Below, one piece after another: positions 48,024 to 58,121 of a stretch of 64,000 nt of DNA. The DNA is from an uncultured Methanoregulaceae archaeon (GTDB taxonomy: Archaea; Halobacteriota; Methanomicrobia; Methanomicrobiales; Methanospirillaceae). The notes beneath the pieces were generated by a model that saw nothing but the letters and a program-made list of their open reading frames with translations, was not told the DNA's origin and searched no databases. The stretch covers positions 1,920,001-1,984,000 of the forward strand of contig OY969564.1 of assembly GCA_963701095.1 (NCBI GenBank). Direction: 5' to 3'. Every line of letters starts with the position of its first letter. The stretch's first letter is position 1. Made by a program: the position numbers and the translations under genes.

Positions 48024-48356
48024 TTAAGGGGTTTGAACTTCTTCTTCAAAAATTTTAACCGTTACAGGAAGGATGTTTGGCCGCTTGTCGCTCATGATGT
48101 AGGTATATGCCATAACATGCACAAGGTACTCGAGATACCCCCTGGCGAAATCCGAAAGCCCCTGATGCCTCCGGCCGAATATCAGGATAACAAACCACTG
48201 AACAATCAGACAAATGGTGGCAAGAATACCATATATGCATGCGACGATGCCAATGAGAATCCAATAAACAATACGTATAAGGAGCTCCAGACGGCTTGCA
48301 TTGTGCACATACGTAAAGAGCTGAGTGGTTGGTGTAGGAATTACCTCTTCAGTCAT
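48024..48356 (-). CDS. DUF4389-type membrane protein
   Basis: SRLELLIR..., QWFVILIFGRR...F...Y...Y...SDKRP pattern. Confidence 0.72.
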   Translation of the reverse strand: MTEEVIPTPTTQLFTYVHNASRLELLIRIVYWILIGIVACIYGILATICLIVQWFVILIFGRRHQGLSDFARGYLEYLVHVMAYTYIMSDKRPNILPVTVKIFEEEVQTP

Positions 48357-48510
48357 AAAATACCTAAAATCTCTTTGAGGATTCTGCGCAATAAAATGAT
48401 CTCCTCGCCGATTATCATAAGATTGCTATCGGCATAGCACACATGAGAATAGAAAACATATATATAGTAATCTAAAATAAGTATATATTTAGTCAAAAAA
48501 CTCTATTCCT

Positions 48511-49228
48511 ATGGCGCAAGCGGTTAAGGATTGGATGGAAACGACGCACTTGGACCTCACCGATATCGCATCTCTCAGAATGGGGTTGTCCCGCCCCCAT
48601 CGGGAAGTACTTCGCCGAAATGTCATGGTTCCGGACAGTTGGGGAATATTTGACAAGATTAGGCATTATATGCCTCTTTGTTCTATTTTAGCCGGTGAAT
48701 TAACACGTGATGCGATATTTGCAGCACGGTCATTTTCTGATGAAACGGCCGGGCTGGAGAAACTCGGCCATGCGATGCACTTCCTGCAGGACGCGGGAAA
48801 TCCCTGGCATGCCCGTCCGCTTCTCCCGAAATGCCAGAAAAATCATGCAATCTACGAAGAATATGTCGCCAGGAATATGAGGGCGGGATTCTGCTTTCGT
48901 AACGCACTCATAAATTCCTCTGAAAGACGGATTCTCCATCCCCAGTTCACACGAAGGATAGGAGATGGTACATGCATATCTTGCCCGGGAGGCTGTTAAA
49001 AAATTTCCATTCCTTGACGGATGTATCTGCAATGATCCGGCATGGCAAGAAAACGACGAAGTTGCAACGGTAACCCTCTCCCTGCTAACAGCGTGCCTGC
49101 AGATGTGCGAAACCCAGATTTATTCATTTTCAATTCGAGCGGAATCGCAGATATTAAGGCCAATGCATTTGCCGGTTGCGGTAACCTGGACTTTTCTTGG
49201 ATCTGATAATAGAAGGCTACCTGCGTGA
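48511..49228 (+). CDS. Zn-dependent phospholipase C / P1-nuclease-fold protein, with an apparent 1-nt insertion near 48971
   Basis: WMETTH, PD, RHY, LGHAMHFLQDAGNPWH and H..YE metal-ligand pattern. ORFs 48511 and 48965 join after one indel. Confidence 0.7.
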
Positions 49229-49274
49229 AATATTATGAGAACTGGTGCATCATGATAAACGGGAACGGAAACTG

Positions 49275-50360
49275 ATGGGATCGGTATTTGTCTCTCCACT
49301 AAACTGGGGGCTTGGTCATGCATCACGAGATATATCCATCGTCAAAGAATTGCTCAGCCGAGGGCATGAAGTCACCATAGGTACCAGTGGAAACGCACTT
49401 GCATTTCTGAAAAAAGAGTGTCCTGAATGCAAATTTATTCAATTTGAGGATTATCCAATCCCGAACAATAATGGGAGGATCTTCCTGCCGACATATTCGG
49501 CTTATATTCCTCTCCTTATTGAAGCCTATTTGTCTGAACGTAAAAAAGCAGAAAAAATATTCTCAAAACACAGTTTTGATCTCATTATCAGTGATTCCCG
49601 TTCTGGCGTTTTTTCAGAAAAAGTGCCTTCTATCCAGATTACCCATCAGCTTCATCAGAGTCTTCCACTCATTGCATGGCCGCTCGAACTGCTCGGTGTA
49701 TACGTTCAGGCTGACGCATTCTCAAAATTTACCAGAGTCGTAGTGCCGGACAATCCCCCGGGGAGGGGGGCTCTTGCGGGGAAATTGGCACGCACTTTTG
49801 TCCCCTCTCTCCAAGATCAGATTTATTACTGCGGAATACTGGCAAGTGTCCGAAAAGAACCGGTGAAAAAGGATATCGATTACCTAATTGTCATTTCTGG
49901 GATGGAACCTCAGCGTACGGCGCTTGAAAAAATCCTAATGAGACAGATTCCACTACTCCCCGGGAGGAAGGTAGTCCTGCTTGGAAAACCTTCAATCGAT
50001 AAGGTGAGCACAATGGATGACGGAACCGTAATCTATACCTATATCTCCAATAAAGAAAAGTCGGAGCTCATGTCCCGGGCGCGGTTCATTATCTGTCGTT
50101 CTGGATATACCACAATGATGGATATCGCCGAAGCCGGCTTAAAAAATGGACTCTTCATTCCGACGCCGGGCCAATGGGAACAGGAATATCTTTCTCGTTA
50201 TTACGAAAATGAAGGATGGTTTTTCTCCAGAAGCCAGTATGGGCTTCGGCTCCAAAACGACATCAATCGGAGTGCTGGTTTCTCCGGATTTCCTGCAATG
50301 ACAACGACAGAAAAGAACGTTTCAAGGCTCTACCAGGATGTATTATCAGATTATCTCTAG
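49275..50360 (+). CDS. GT-B glycosyltransferase (GT28-like)
   Basis: PLNWGLGHASR, IISDSR, ICRSGYTT.MD and IPTPGQWEQ motifs. Confidence 0.85.
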   Translation: MGSVFVSPLNWGLGHASRDISIVKELLSRGHEVTIGTSGNALAFLKKECPECKFIQFEDYPIPNNNGRIFLPTYSAYIPLLIEAYLSERKKAEKIFSKHSFDLIISDSRSGVFSEKVPSIQITHQLHQSLPLIAWPLELLGVYVQADAFSKFTRVVVPDNPPGRGALAGKLARTFVPSLQDQIYYCGILASVRKEPVKKDIDYLIVISGMEPQRTALEKILMRQIPLLPGRKVVLLGKPSIDKVSTMDDGTVIYTYISNKEKSELMSRARFIICRSGYTTMMDIAEAGLKNGLFIPTPGQWEQEYLSRYYENEGWFFSRSQYGLRLQNDINRSAGFSGFPAMTTTEKNVSRLYQDVLSDYL

Positions 50361-50375
50361 GATGGATGTGTAACA

Positions 50376-50669
50376 ATGCAAAAAAGTTTCAACGAATGCA
50401 ATCTTCAGGATCATATTGACCGGGAACCCGTGGTATTGTTCTCGCAAACTCTGGATAAACTTGCTTTTACCTGGAGCGTCGGCATCGGCATCGGATACGC
50501 ATTTCTGATTTCTTTTTTCTGCTGGATTGCGTACAGGTGTTTTCTCATATACAGCGCATACCGGGCCGGAGATTATCTCTTCATCACCAATGAAATAAAA
50601 ACCGATGTTTTCATCAGCGCCGGGTATTTTGGAATAGCGATGATTCTTCGAAAAAAGGGATATATATGA
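50376..50669 (+). CDS. Small 2-TM membrane protein
   Basis: Begins 15 nt after the glycosyltransferase; two hydrophobic segments. Confidence 0.55.
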   Translation: MQKSFNECNLQDHIDREPVVLFSQTLDKLAFTWSVGIGIGYAFLISFFCWIAYRCFLIYSAYRAGDYLFITNEIKTDVFISAGYFGIAMILRKKGYI

Positions 50670-50928
50670 CCTTAGTGGGAAATGGGATGGTAAAAAACCT
50701 TTTTTAGAGCAGAAGTTTGAAAAAAATGGTCGTATTCCAAAGACAATACCGGATAATTTAAAAAATACAAGTTATTGGCGAAGTGCAAACAGGCATTCGT
50801 GAATGAATAAAACGAAATGTTAAAGTGAGAGACAGAAAGAGATCAATGAACTGAAAATCTGGATCGATCTGGTGATTCATATCAATTGCCTTAGTAATGC
50901 TTCAGGTTATTCAGTTTGAGCAGATGTC

Positions 50929-51519
50929 ATGTCGAACGATGAAGAAACAAACAGGAACAACATATTCCTCATGGACAAGACCGCAAACCCGGCACCGCTT
51001 GGGCTATGCGCATTTGGGACAACAACTATTCTTCTCAGTCTTTGGAATGCCGGTATAATCGGGTTAAGCAGCCCAATTATCGCAATGGCAATTTTTTACG
51101 GTGGAATAGCCCAGATCATTGCCGGACTCATGGAATGGAAAAAGAACAACAACTTCGGGTTTTTAACCTTTGTTAGTTTTGGGTTCTTCTGGATGACTTT
51201 TGCCGGGGTTCTTATGCTTCCCGTTCTTGGTCTTGCAAAAGCACCTCAGCCGACTGATCTTGCTGCATTCCTAGCGGTTTGGGGGATCGTCGCATTCGGT
51301 CTTTTAATCTGTACTATGAAAATGCACCGAAGCCTTCAGGCTACCGTCCTTGCCGTATTCCTTCTGATTGCTCTTCTCGTTGCTGCAGAACTGACGGAAA
51401 GCGGTCTCATCAAATTAGCTGGAGGGGTAATGGGAATTATTGCCGGAGGTCTTGCCCTCTATATTGGCTTAGGTCAGGTTATTAACGAAATCCACAACCG
51501 GAAAATATTTCCGGTATAA
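50929..51519 (+). CDS. Acetate uptake transporter, GPR1/FUN34/YaaH (SatP) family
   Basis: ANPAPLGL signature, YGG.AQ..AG..E and six TM helices. Confidence 0.92.
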   Translation: MSNDEETNRNNIFLMDKTANPAPLGLCAFGTTTILLSLWNAGIIGLSSPIIAMAIFYGGIAQIIAGLMEWKKNNNFGFLTFVSFGFFWMTFAGVLMLPVLGLAKAPQPTDLAAFLAVWGIVAFGLLICTMKMHRSLQATVLAVFLLIALLVAAELTESGLIKLAGGVMGIIAGGLALYIGLGQVINEIHNRKIFPV

Positions 51520-51652
51520 TCTTTTTCTTATCCGAGTGAATCTTCGTTTGAAAACGTGATGCAAGTAACATTCTGTCCATTTATCCGCCTGTGGCGCTGG
51601 CAAATCTTATTAATAATAGGATGACAGATGTTATAGAGCATCAGACTAATGC

Positions 51653-51726
51653 GGGCTCGTGGTCTAGTTGGCTATGACGTCGCCTTGACATGGCGGAGGT
51701 CCTGAGTTCGAATCTCAGCGGGCCCA
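51653..51726 (+). tRNA. tRNA-Val(GAC)
   Basis: GGGCTCG/CGGGCCC acceptor stem, anticodon loop TT-GAC-AT, T-arm CTGAG-TTCGAAT-CTCAG; followed by a T-tract. Confidence 0.95.
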
Positions 51727-51871
51727 TCCTTCTTTTTTCGAGGTATTTTCCAGAATTGATAAAAAAAATACCTTCATTGCGACTTTTCATTGGGAAACAT
51801 GAAAAAAAGGAAGTAACTTTCAACAAGAAGATCCAGTGCCCTTTACGGATTGGATCCGTATCTATCTCTTC

Positions 51872-52156
51872 TTAACGACTGTTTCCTTCATTGACCGGTT
51901 TTCTGGTATCTTCATACAAAAGCCAGATGGCATAAAGCATTGAAACGCATGCTGCGAATAAAATAACGGTATTCAATCTGGGCAGCCCGTTTGGGTAAAA
52001 GATACGGACTCCTTCAAATAAGGCAAGAAGCGCAAACGTTATCGCGATGAGCCATCCATAACCCCGTTCGTTCCTGGTAGCGACAAGAACTGCAAGAATG
52101 ACAATGGCAAATTCGAAAATGACCGTGAAAAGAGAGATGAATTCCACGATATCCAT
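51872..52156 (-). CDS. Small 3-TM membrane protein
   Basis: YGW motif and the same topology as 19276-19536. Confidence 0.65.
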   Translation of the reverse strand: MDIVEFISLFTVIFEFAIVILAVLVATRNERGYGWLIAITFALLALFEGVRIFYPNGLPRLNTVILFAACVSMLYAIWLLYEDTRKPVNEGNSR

Positions 52157-52251
52157 AGTTCTGGATGGATATTTCCGGTAATATCTTTTTCGGTTGTTGA
52201 ATAGATGACGGGAATTCGCATCTATAAAAAGTTAAAAGATTTCCATTCCTG

Positions 52252-53547
52252 TTACGCTGAATCTCCTGCGTAGTTATTAGCAATTTCCTGAGGGGTTAGG
52301 GCACGGTTGTAGAGTGCGGTCGATCCAATTAATCCGGTGTAATAGAAGGCATCGCCGGGACCGGAGGCAGAGTTCTGTTCTCCTATATTTACTGGAAAAT
52401 TATTATTGTTTGCAATATTGACTAGCCCGTTTGGTGTTTGAGGGGTTGTTACACCTGATTCTGGATCCGGCACATTGCTGTTGTCATAATTAAGGGGTTG
52501 GGCTACACCATTGTCGTAAATTGTCAGATGACCGCCTGAGACGGTTGCAGTTATATAATTCCATGCGTTTGCCTGGATAGGTGCAGTGGTAGTGATTGCC
52601 TGGTAATGCTGGCCGTTCGTGGCATCATTCCATTCAAATAATATCTGGTTACCCAATTGGAAGATCTGGTAATTATCGTTCTCGTTAGTGGAACTGCTAC
52701 CGGGACTGGTTGTCTGACCTTTCCCAATAAGCTGTTCCCAGCCGTTTCCACTGGAACTATATGGAATAGCCTGAGTGGGATCGAACCACATGGAAAGGGA
52801 CATATCTCCGGTGAAGGCGAGACCCGTAGAATCTGGGATCGTGACAGATGATTGTCCATTAAAATAAGTTGCGCTCATATTCCCGGGTCCGATAGGTGAG
52901 GAAAAAAGGTTTCCGTTTATATTTTCGGTTATGGGATTACAGTTCACATCATAGAATTTGCCGGTCCCGGTATTGAGAAATCCTCCGGCCACCGGGAGGG
53001 ACGTTCCCCCGTTTTTTACTGTTTCCGAAACTGAATTTGCAAGGACATGCACATTCTCATCAATCATCTGGATTGTCCATGTACCAATGGCCATGGGACG
53101 GAGCAGCCCAGTCGGCTGGGTCTGGCTTACTATGTAGTTACATTGCGTTGCGGCAGGAGAACCATTTGGATAGATGTAGAGTGTTTTGCCGTAAAGGGGC
53201 CCCCTAATGCTGCTCGCGTCAGGAATCAGCGTCTGCCCGGAGGGGCTGATCGCTTTAAATGTCACCTGGGTGCCATTTGCACCGATAGTTTGTCCGGTAA
53301 GGTAAAATGCATCACCGGCTTCAGGCAGGTATGTCAGTATATCATCCGAAATACCCCCTGGTTGTGGGAGTGTGTCTATTTTGGCACTTCCTGCGACATA
53401 AACACTTTTTTTGGTAAACAGAGGGTTGAGCGCGCCACTAAATGCAGCGTAGGCAATTGCAGCGATCAGGATCACGAGGATAATGATCAGGATCTCTGCG
53501 GCCATCTCGGAGACTCCGGAGTTTGTTTTTGGCTCTCTCATGGTCAT
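52252..53547 (-). CDS. Archaeal type IV pilin-like protein with a C-terminal LamG/ConA-like domain
   Basis: Class III signal (KTNSG/VSEMAAEILII...), then YFNG, SLSMWF, WNYITAT...IYDNG and LYNRALTPQEI; rich in Thr, Asn and Gly. Confidence 0.8.
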   Translation of the reverse strand: MTMREPKTNSGVSEMAAEILIIILVILIAAIAYAAFSGALNPLFTKKSVYVAGSAKIDTLPQPGGISDDILTYLPEAGDAFYLTGQTIGANGTQVTFKAISPSGQTLIPDASSIRGPLYGKTLYIYPNGSPAATQCNYIVSQTQPTGLLRPMAIGTWTIQMIDENVHVLANSVSETVKNGGTSLPVAGGFLNTGTGKFYDVNCNPITENINGNLFSSPIGPGNMSATYFNGQSSVTIPDSTGLAFTGDMSLSMWFDPTQAIPYSSSGNGWEQLIGKGQTTSPGSSSTNENDNYQIFQLGNQILFEWNDATNGQHYQAITTTAPIQANAWNYITATVSGGHLTIYDNGVAQPLNYDNSNVPDPESGVTTPQTPNGLVNIANNNNFPVNIGEQNSASGPGDAFYYTGLIGSTALYNRALTPQEIANNYAGDSA

Positions 53548-53826
53548 CTTTCATTATAATTATAGAGATTTCTGTGTTATCTCTCTATTCATGCGACCCA
53601 AACCCGATTTATTTTGAATTACTCGTGGCGTTACTGGTAGACATCCCTGGGTGAATCTGAACAAGGGCCGAGAAGGCAACCCTCATTATCGATAACGACG
53701 AACCTTTTTCCACCAGAAGAAAGTGCCGGTGAATATCTGTAAAGTCTGGGGGGTATCGATACCCGGAGGCCTTTAAAGAATAGGCCACTTTTATAACCGG
53801 CCTCCTATGTTTGAGGGAACAAAGAA

Positions 53827-54960
53827 ATGCGGATACTATTTGTTGTTTGCGGAGAAGGACTTGGGCACTCTTCCCGATGCATTCACCTTGGACATTATCT
53901 GGAGCAGCAGGGCCATTTTGTTAGTTTTCTCGCATACGGAAAATCCTATGACTTCTTCCATGATCACGGATGCAACGAAGTCTATCGGGGGGAACATGAA
54001 GTGTGTCTTGAAGGGGAGAATGGCTTCTTCTCTCTGAAAAAGACCCTTTGGTGTTCACGGTGGATTGCCTTTAACCTGGTTAGATCTGGCCTGCTGGTTC
54101 GACGGCTTATCAAGGAACACGAGATTGATTGTGTTGTCTGCGACACGATGTATGCCGGGGTTATTGCGGCACGTTTCCGGAAAGTTCCGGTTGTCTTTAT
54201 AACGAATCAGAACAGGTTCAGTGGTCCTGGGGGCGAAAAAAACCCTGTCTGGAATGTTCTCAATTTTTTGATAAGGAGATATCTCAAGCTTGCCGATACT
54301 GTTATCGTACCTGATTACCCATCCCCACAAACCGTGAGCGAATATAACCTCCTCATTCCGGATCGGGAACGGCAGCATTATCATTTTACCGGGCCATTTC
54401 TGGAGATCGATCTCTCCAGGTATCACTTCGGGAAAAAAACTATTTTCACCAGCTTCGGAGGAGAACCCTACAAACTCCCCCTTTACCGTTTGCTTCGGGT
54501 GATTGCCGATAAAAGAAAGGATCTGGTCTTTGATGTATTCTATACCGGGGCCGTTCTTCCGGAATCTTCGGATAATTATCTCTCACACGGGTATGTGCCT
54601 AACCTCTATGAGCATCTTGCTGAAGCACAGATTGCAATTGTGCACGGTGGGCTGACGACCCTGCATGAAACATTGCTCTTTACAAAACCTGTCCTTATCA
54701 TCATGGACCCGGGTCACCCTGAGCAACAGAATAATGCAAAAAAAATCGTCGATATGGGGGCAGGAACCGTAGTCGATGGAAGGTCAGTAACCCTGGATCT
54801 TCTCGAACAGAAGATCGAGGAAACGATGGCACTTACACCACACATCAGCGGAAGTGATCTTGCATCAATAAATGGCACGAAAAATGCAGCTATGATCATC
54901 GAATCGGTGGGTCGCGGAAAATCAAGAATTTTAAATAAAGAGATCACTAAAAAAAAGTAA
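53827..54960 (+). CDS. GT-B glycosyltransferase (GT28/MJ1255-like)
   Basis: CGEGLGHSSR, ITNQ, HGGLTTLHE and HPEQQNNA motifs. Confidence 0.85.
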   Translation: MRILFVVCGEGLGHSSRCIHLGHYLEQQGHFVSFLAYGKSYDFFHDHGCNEVYRGEHEVCLEGENGFFSLKKTLWCSRWIAFNLVRSGLLVRRLIKEHEIDCVVCDTMYAGVIAARFRKVPVVFITNQNRFSGPGGEKNPVWNVLNFLIRRYLKLADTVIVPDYPSPQTVSEYNLLIPDRERQHYHFTGPFLEIDLSRYHFGKKTIFTSFGGEPYKLPLYRLLRVIADKRKDLVFDVFYTGAVLPESSDNYLSHGYVPNLYEHLAEAQIAIVHGGLTTLHETLLFTKPVLIIMDPGHPEQQNNAKKIVDMGAGTVVDGRSVTLDLLEQKIEETMALTPHISGSDLASINGTKNAAMIIESVGRGKSRILNKEITKKK

Positions 54961-55055
54961 CCCGTTAGAAGAATAGTGATTTCTGCGGTTACAACGCAAA
55001 ATTCGTCGAGGATTTGAAACTCTGCCGCTCACCGTAGCAATCTCATTCTGATCTG

Positions 55056-56708
55056 TTATGCTGAGTACGCCTGTGCTGATTTTGACTGCCTGTGGTACCT
55101 TCCCCTTAAACTATCAAGTGACTCGATCTCAGATGTGTCTTTGTCGTCTCGTATTCTGATAAACCGGGGGAAACGGAGGGCAAACCCCGCTTCATACGTC
55201 GGGCTGACCTGAAGTTCGGCATACCCGACCTCAAAGACAAGTTCGGGTTCGAAGCGCACCTCTTTTCCGGCACTTGAGATGACCGAATCCTTGAGAAGAT
55301 CATATACCTCGCCTAATTGTTCATCAGAAAAGCCGGTTGCCACACGGGATAGGGGAATGAGTTTTCCCTGATCCTGGCAGGCTAACAAAAATGATCCAAA
55401 AACATGCGCCCGTTTCCCCTCACCCCATTCTGCACCTATTACAGCGAGATCGAGGGTATCTACTTCAGGCTTGATCTTTATCCAATTTTTTCCCCGCTGG
55501 CCTGGAGTATAGGATGAATCGGGGACCTTGAGCATAACACCTTCGTGGCCGGCGGCAAGCGCTTCCTGGTACGTTTGTTCTATTACTTTCGGATCAGCAC
55601 TCACAACTTGAGGGGCAACATAGTGTTTTACAACATCTACAAGGATCTTACGTCGTTCAAAAAAAGGTAGATCGATAAGTGTCCTGCCATCAAGGTAGAG
55701 TATATCAAAAACATTAGGGACCATCCTGATTTCTTCCTGTGCCCCGGCAACATTATGTCGGCGCCGGAATCTTCGTAAAACAGACTGGAATGGCATTGGC
55801 TTATCGTCTTTAATGGCGATTACTTCACCGTCGAGAATCACGTCATGCTCTGTGGCTCCTTGCAGAAAGGCGATCACATCAGGGAGAGCCGCACTTACAT
55901 CTTCAAGCCGGCGCGAATACATCATAGTTTTTTCTCCCTGTTTGTGGAACTGGAACCTCGAACCGTCATATTTGAATTCTACAGCCACTTCACCGTGATC
56001 TTCTACCATGCCGGTGATGGTTCCCTGCTGGGCGAGCATCATCCGCACCGGGTGGAAAAGTGTTATATGAACATTACGGAGAGAATCAGGCCCCATTTTT
56101 GCAAGCCGTGCCACCTCTCCTACGTCATTTATTGCCTGCATCGCGTGCTCAACAAGGTCCGGATCGACGGAGAACGCTTTGGCAATAGCCTCACGAACTG
56201 TCCCTTCTCCCACGCCTATTCGAAGCTCCTCAAGCATGATCCTTGTCAGATACCTGCATTCGAGAGGGCTGGCCTCACCGAGCAGCTGCTTTACCATACG
56301 CATTTTTTCTTTTTGCGATGTTGCACCGCCACGGGCTGCTATGCTGACAAGTATGTTGTAAATATCGACAATTTCAAGGTCCTGGGAAGAGAGCGACACC
56401 TGTGATTTTTTCGACAGGAGTTTTTCAACGGCCTTCCCGACATCTCCTTGATTATTGATCATCTGAATAACGTTTTCCTTCTTTATACCGGCAACATAAC
56501 CAACGGATTCATACAGGAGGTTAGGACCAATACCGAGTTTTTGCGAACTCCAGTCGGGAAAGATTTTCCCCATGATAAACCGGACAAAAATAGGAAGTTC
56601 CATGGGGGACAATACCGGCAGCACCTTACTTATCACTTCCGTCATCTCTAGGCGGCCAGAGAGACGCTCGATCTCTTCGCAGCACCTTGAGAATTCTGAG
56701 AATAGCAT
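55056..56708 (-). CDS. lig: ATP-dependent DNA ligase
   Basis: EFKYDG.R.Q, LDGE, FDILY, EGVMLK, WIKIK and LRFPRF motifs. Confidence 0.97.
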   Translation of the reverse strand: MLFSEFSRCCEEIERLSGRLEMTEVISKVLPVLSPMELPIFVRFIMGKIFPDWSSQKLGIGPNLLYESVGYVAGIKKENVIQMINNQGDVGKAVEKLLSKKSQVSLSSQDLEIVDIYNILVSIAARGGATSQKEKMRMVKQLLGEASPLECRYLTRIMLEELRIGVGEGTVREAIAKAFSVDPDLVEHAMQAINDVGEVARLAKMGPDSLRNVHITLFHPVRMMLAQQGTITGMVEDHGEVAVEFKYDGSRFQFHKQGEKTMMYSRRLEDVSAALPDVIAFLQGATEHDVILDGEVIAIKDDKPMPFQSVLRRFRRRHNVAGAQEEIRMVPNVFDILYLDGRTLIDLPFFERRKILVDVVKHYVAPQVVSADPKVIEQTYQEALAAGHEGVMLKVPDSSYTPGQRGKNWIKIKPEVDTLDLAVIGAEWGEGKRAHVFGSFLLACQDQGKLIPLSRVATGFSDEQLGEVYDLLKDSVISSAGKEVRFEPELVFEVGYAELQVSPTYEAGFALRFPRFIRIRDDKDTSEIESLDSLRGRYHRQSKSAQAYSA

Positions 56709-56857
56709 GTAGTATCCGTTGAGTGCGTTGGCGACTGAAGCATTAACATTTTACTGTCTCTCTGAAACGGCAACCACGTTTTTGTATCCATCGAAAGGTA
56801 AAAGTATTTTTAATTTCCTGCCGATAATTCATGCAGCATATATAATGGAATATTCTT

Positions 56858-58048
56858 ATGGTTGACGAGTGGCAGCCCGAAGCCGTTATCAGGCTGAGAC
56901 TGGAACGTCTTAAAAAAGAATTTGTTGAATATATTTCCGTCAACAGGGAAAAAATAGACAGCAATATCCCGGTTTTTTTTGGACAGGTGATTGCATCTCT
57001 TGACAAGTCCCTGCCCGACTTAAGCGAAGAGCTTTTTGACCAGTTCATTGACGCAATGGCGTTTGCTGTTCTGGAGTCCTCGAACCGGTCTGATGATATT
57101 CCATTTGTTGAGAAACTTTTCGACTATGCATTACGTAATAAGCGCGGGAACAGGAACCGGGCGGTTTATGATATTCTTCTTGGCATGAAAATGATCAATA
57201 CCGGAAAGTATGCCGAGGGCGCTGAGCAGCTTAAGAAGTACCGGTCTGTCGATGTCATTATTTGTCCGGCAATTGCGTACTGCTACTTCGTCCTTTCGAC
57301 CCAGCAGACTCCCGTCGACAGAAGTGGCGAATCCCAGCGACTCAAGGATATGTCACTAGCCGCCCGGGAGCAGATGATCGAGCTTGTCCGGCTCAAACCT
57401 CCGATAAACAGGCTCCAGGATCTTGAGATAGCCGAAGATCCACGGATAAACAAGATCTTCTGGTTTATGATCAAACAGGCAATTGATTGGTTCCCCAGCG
57501 AACGCGAGTTTCTCCGTATCGGTATTGACAAGGCGTCGCGCGACGGGAGACGAGACCTAAAAGAAGAACTTCTTAATATCGCGATCGAGCGTTTCTATAA
57601 TGACATGTTCTTTTTGCGTGAGCTCTATAAGCTCAAGCTTGAGAACCGGGACGCTGGCGGTGTTGCCGGTGTCGTTAAACAAATGACCCAACAATACCCC
57701 GATGAAATTGAACCGATATATTATGGCATTAAACTTTCAATCATCACCAGTCGGATGGATACCTATTTCAGGTTCCGGAAACTTGCGACAGGGAAGAATA
57801 TCCCTCTTCAGGCTCTTCTCCTGCTGGACTATTCTTTTGAAGTTATGAGCGGTAAACAGGCTGATGCAGTTGCATGCATGGACGAGATCAAAAAACGCTT
57901 TGGTCCCCAGCACTTTTTTGTCACGCTGTTAGAGTACGTTGCACACGATTTTCGTTCTGACGATTCAGGGAAAGTCAAACGATCCAAGAAGGCAATCTTC
58001 GACGCAATTGATCAGTACTGCATGAAGCTACTCAAAATTGAGGCATGA
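56858..58048 (+). CDS. Hypothetical alpha-helical (TPR-like) protein
   Basis: 396-aa helical-looking ORF with no catalytic motif; the TPR assignment is tentative. Confidence 0.7.
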   Translation: MVDEWQPEAVIRLRLERLKKEFVEYISVNREKIDSNIPVFFGQVIASLDKSLPDLSEELFDQFIDAMAFAVLESSNRSDDIPFVEKLFDYALRNKRGNRNRAVYDILLGMKMINTGKYAEGAEQLKKYRSVDVIICPAIAYCYFVLSTQQTPVDRSGESQRLKDMSLAAREQMIELVRLKPPINRLQDLEIAEDPRINKIFWFMIKQAIDWFPSEREFLRIGIDKASRDGRRDLKEELLNIAIERFYNDMFFLRELYKLKLENRDAGGVAGVVKQMTQQYPDEIEPIYYGIKLSIITSRMDTYFRFRKLATGKNIPLQALLLLDYSFEVMSGKQADAVACMDEIKKRFGPQHFFVTLLEYVAHDFRSDDSGKVKRSKKAIFDAIDQYCMKLLKIEA

Positions 58049-58121
58049 AAATGACGATAACAGGGATCCAGGATGACGCTCGGAGCAGCATAACCGGCAA
58101 ACTATTTGAGGAGAGTACTTT

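Noticed and set aside
50929..51519. Acetate transporter as evidence of aceticlastic methanogenesis
   Set aside because: Many Methanomicrobiales take up acetate as a carbon source, so a SatP-family gene is expected.
51727..55000. Integrated element downstream of tRNA-Val
   Set aside because: No integrase, transposase or duplicated tRNA 3' end was found.
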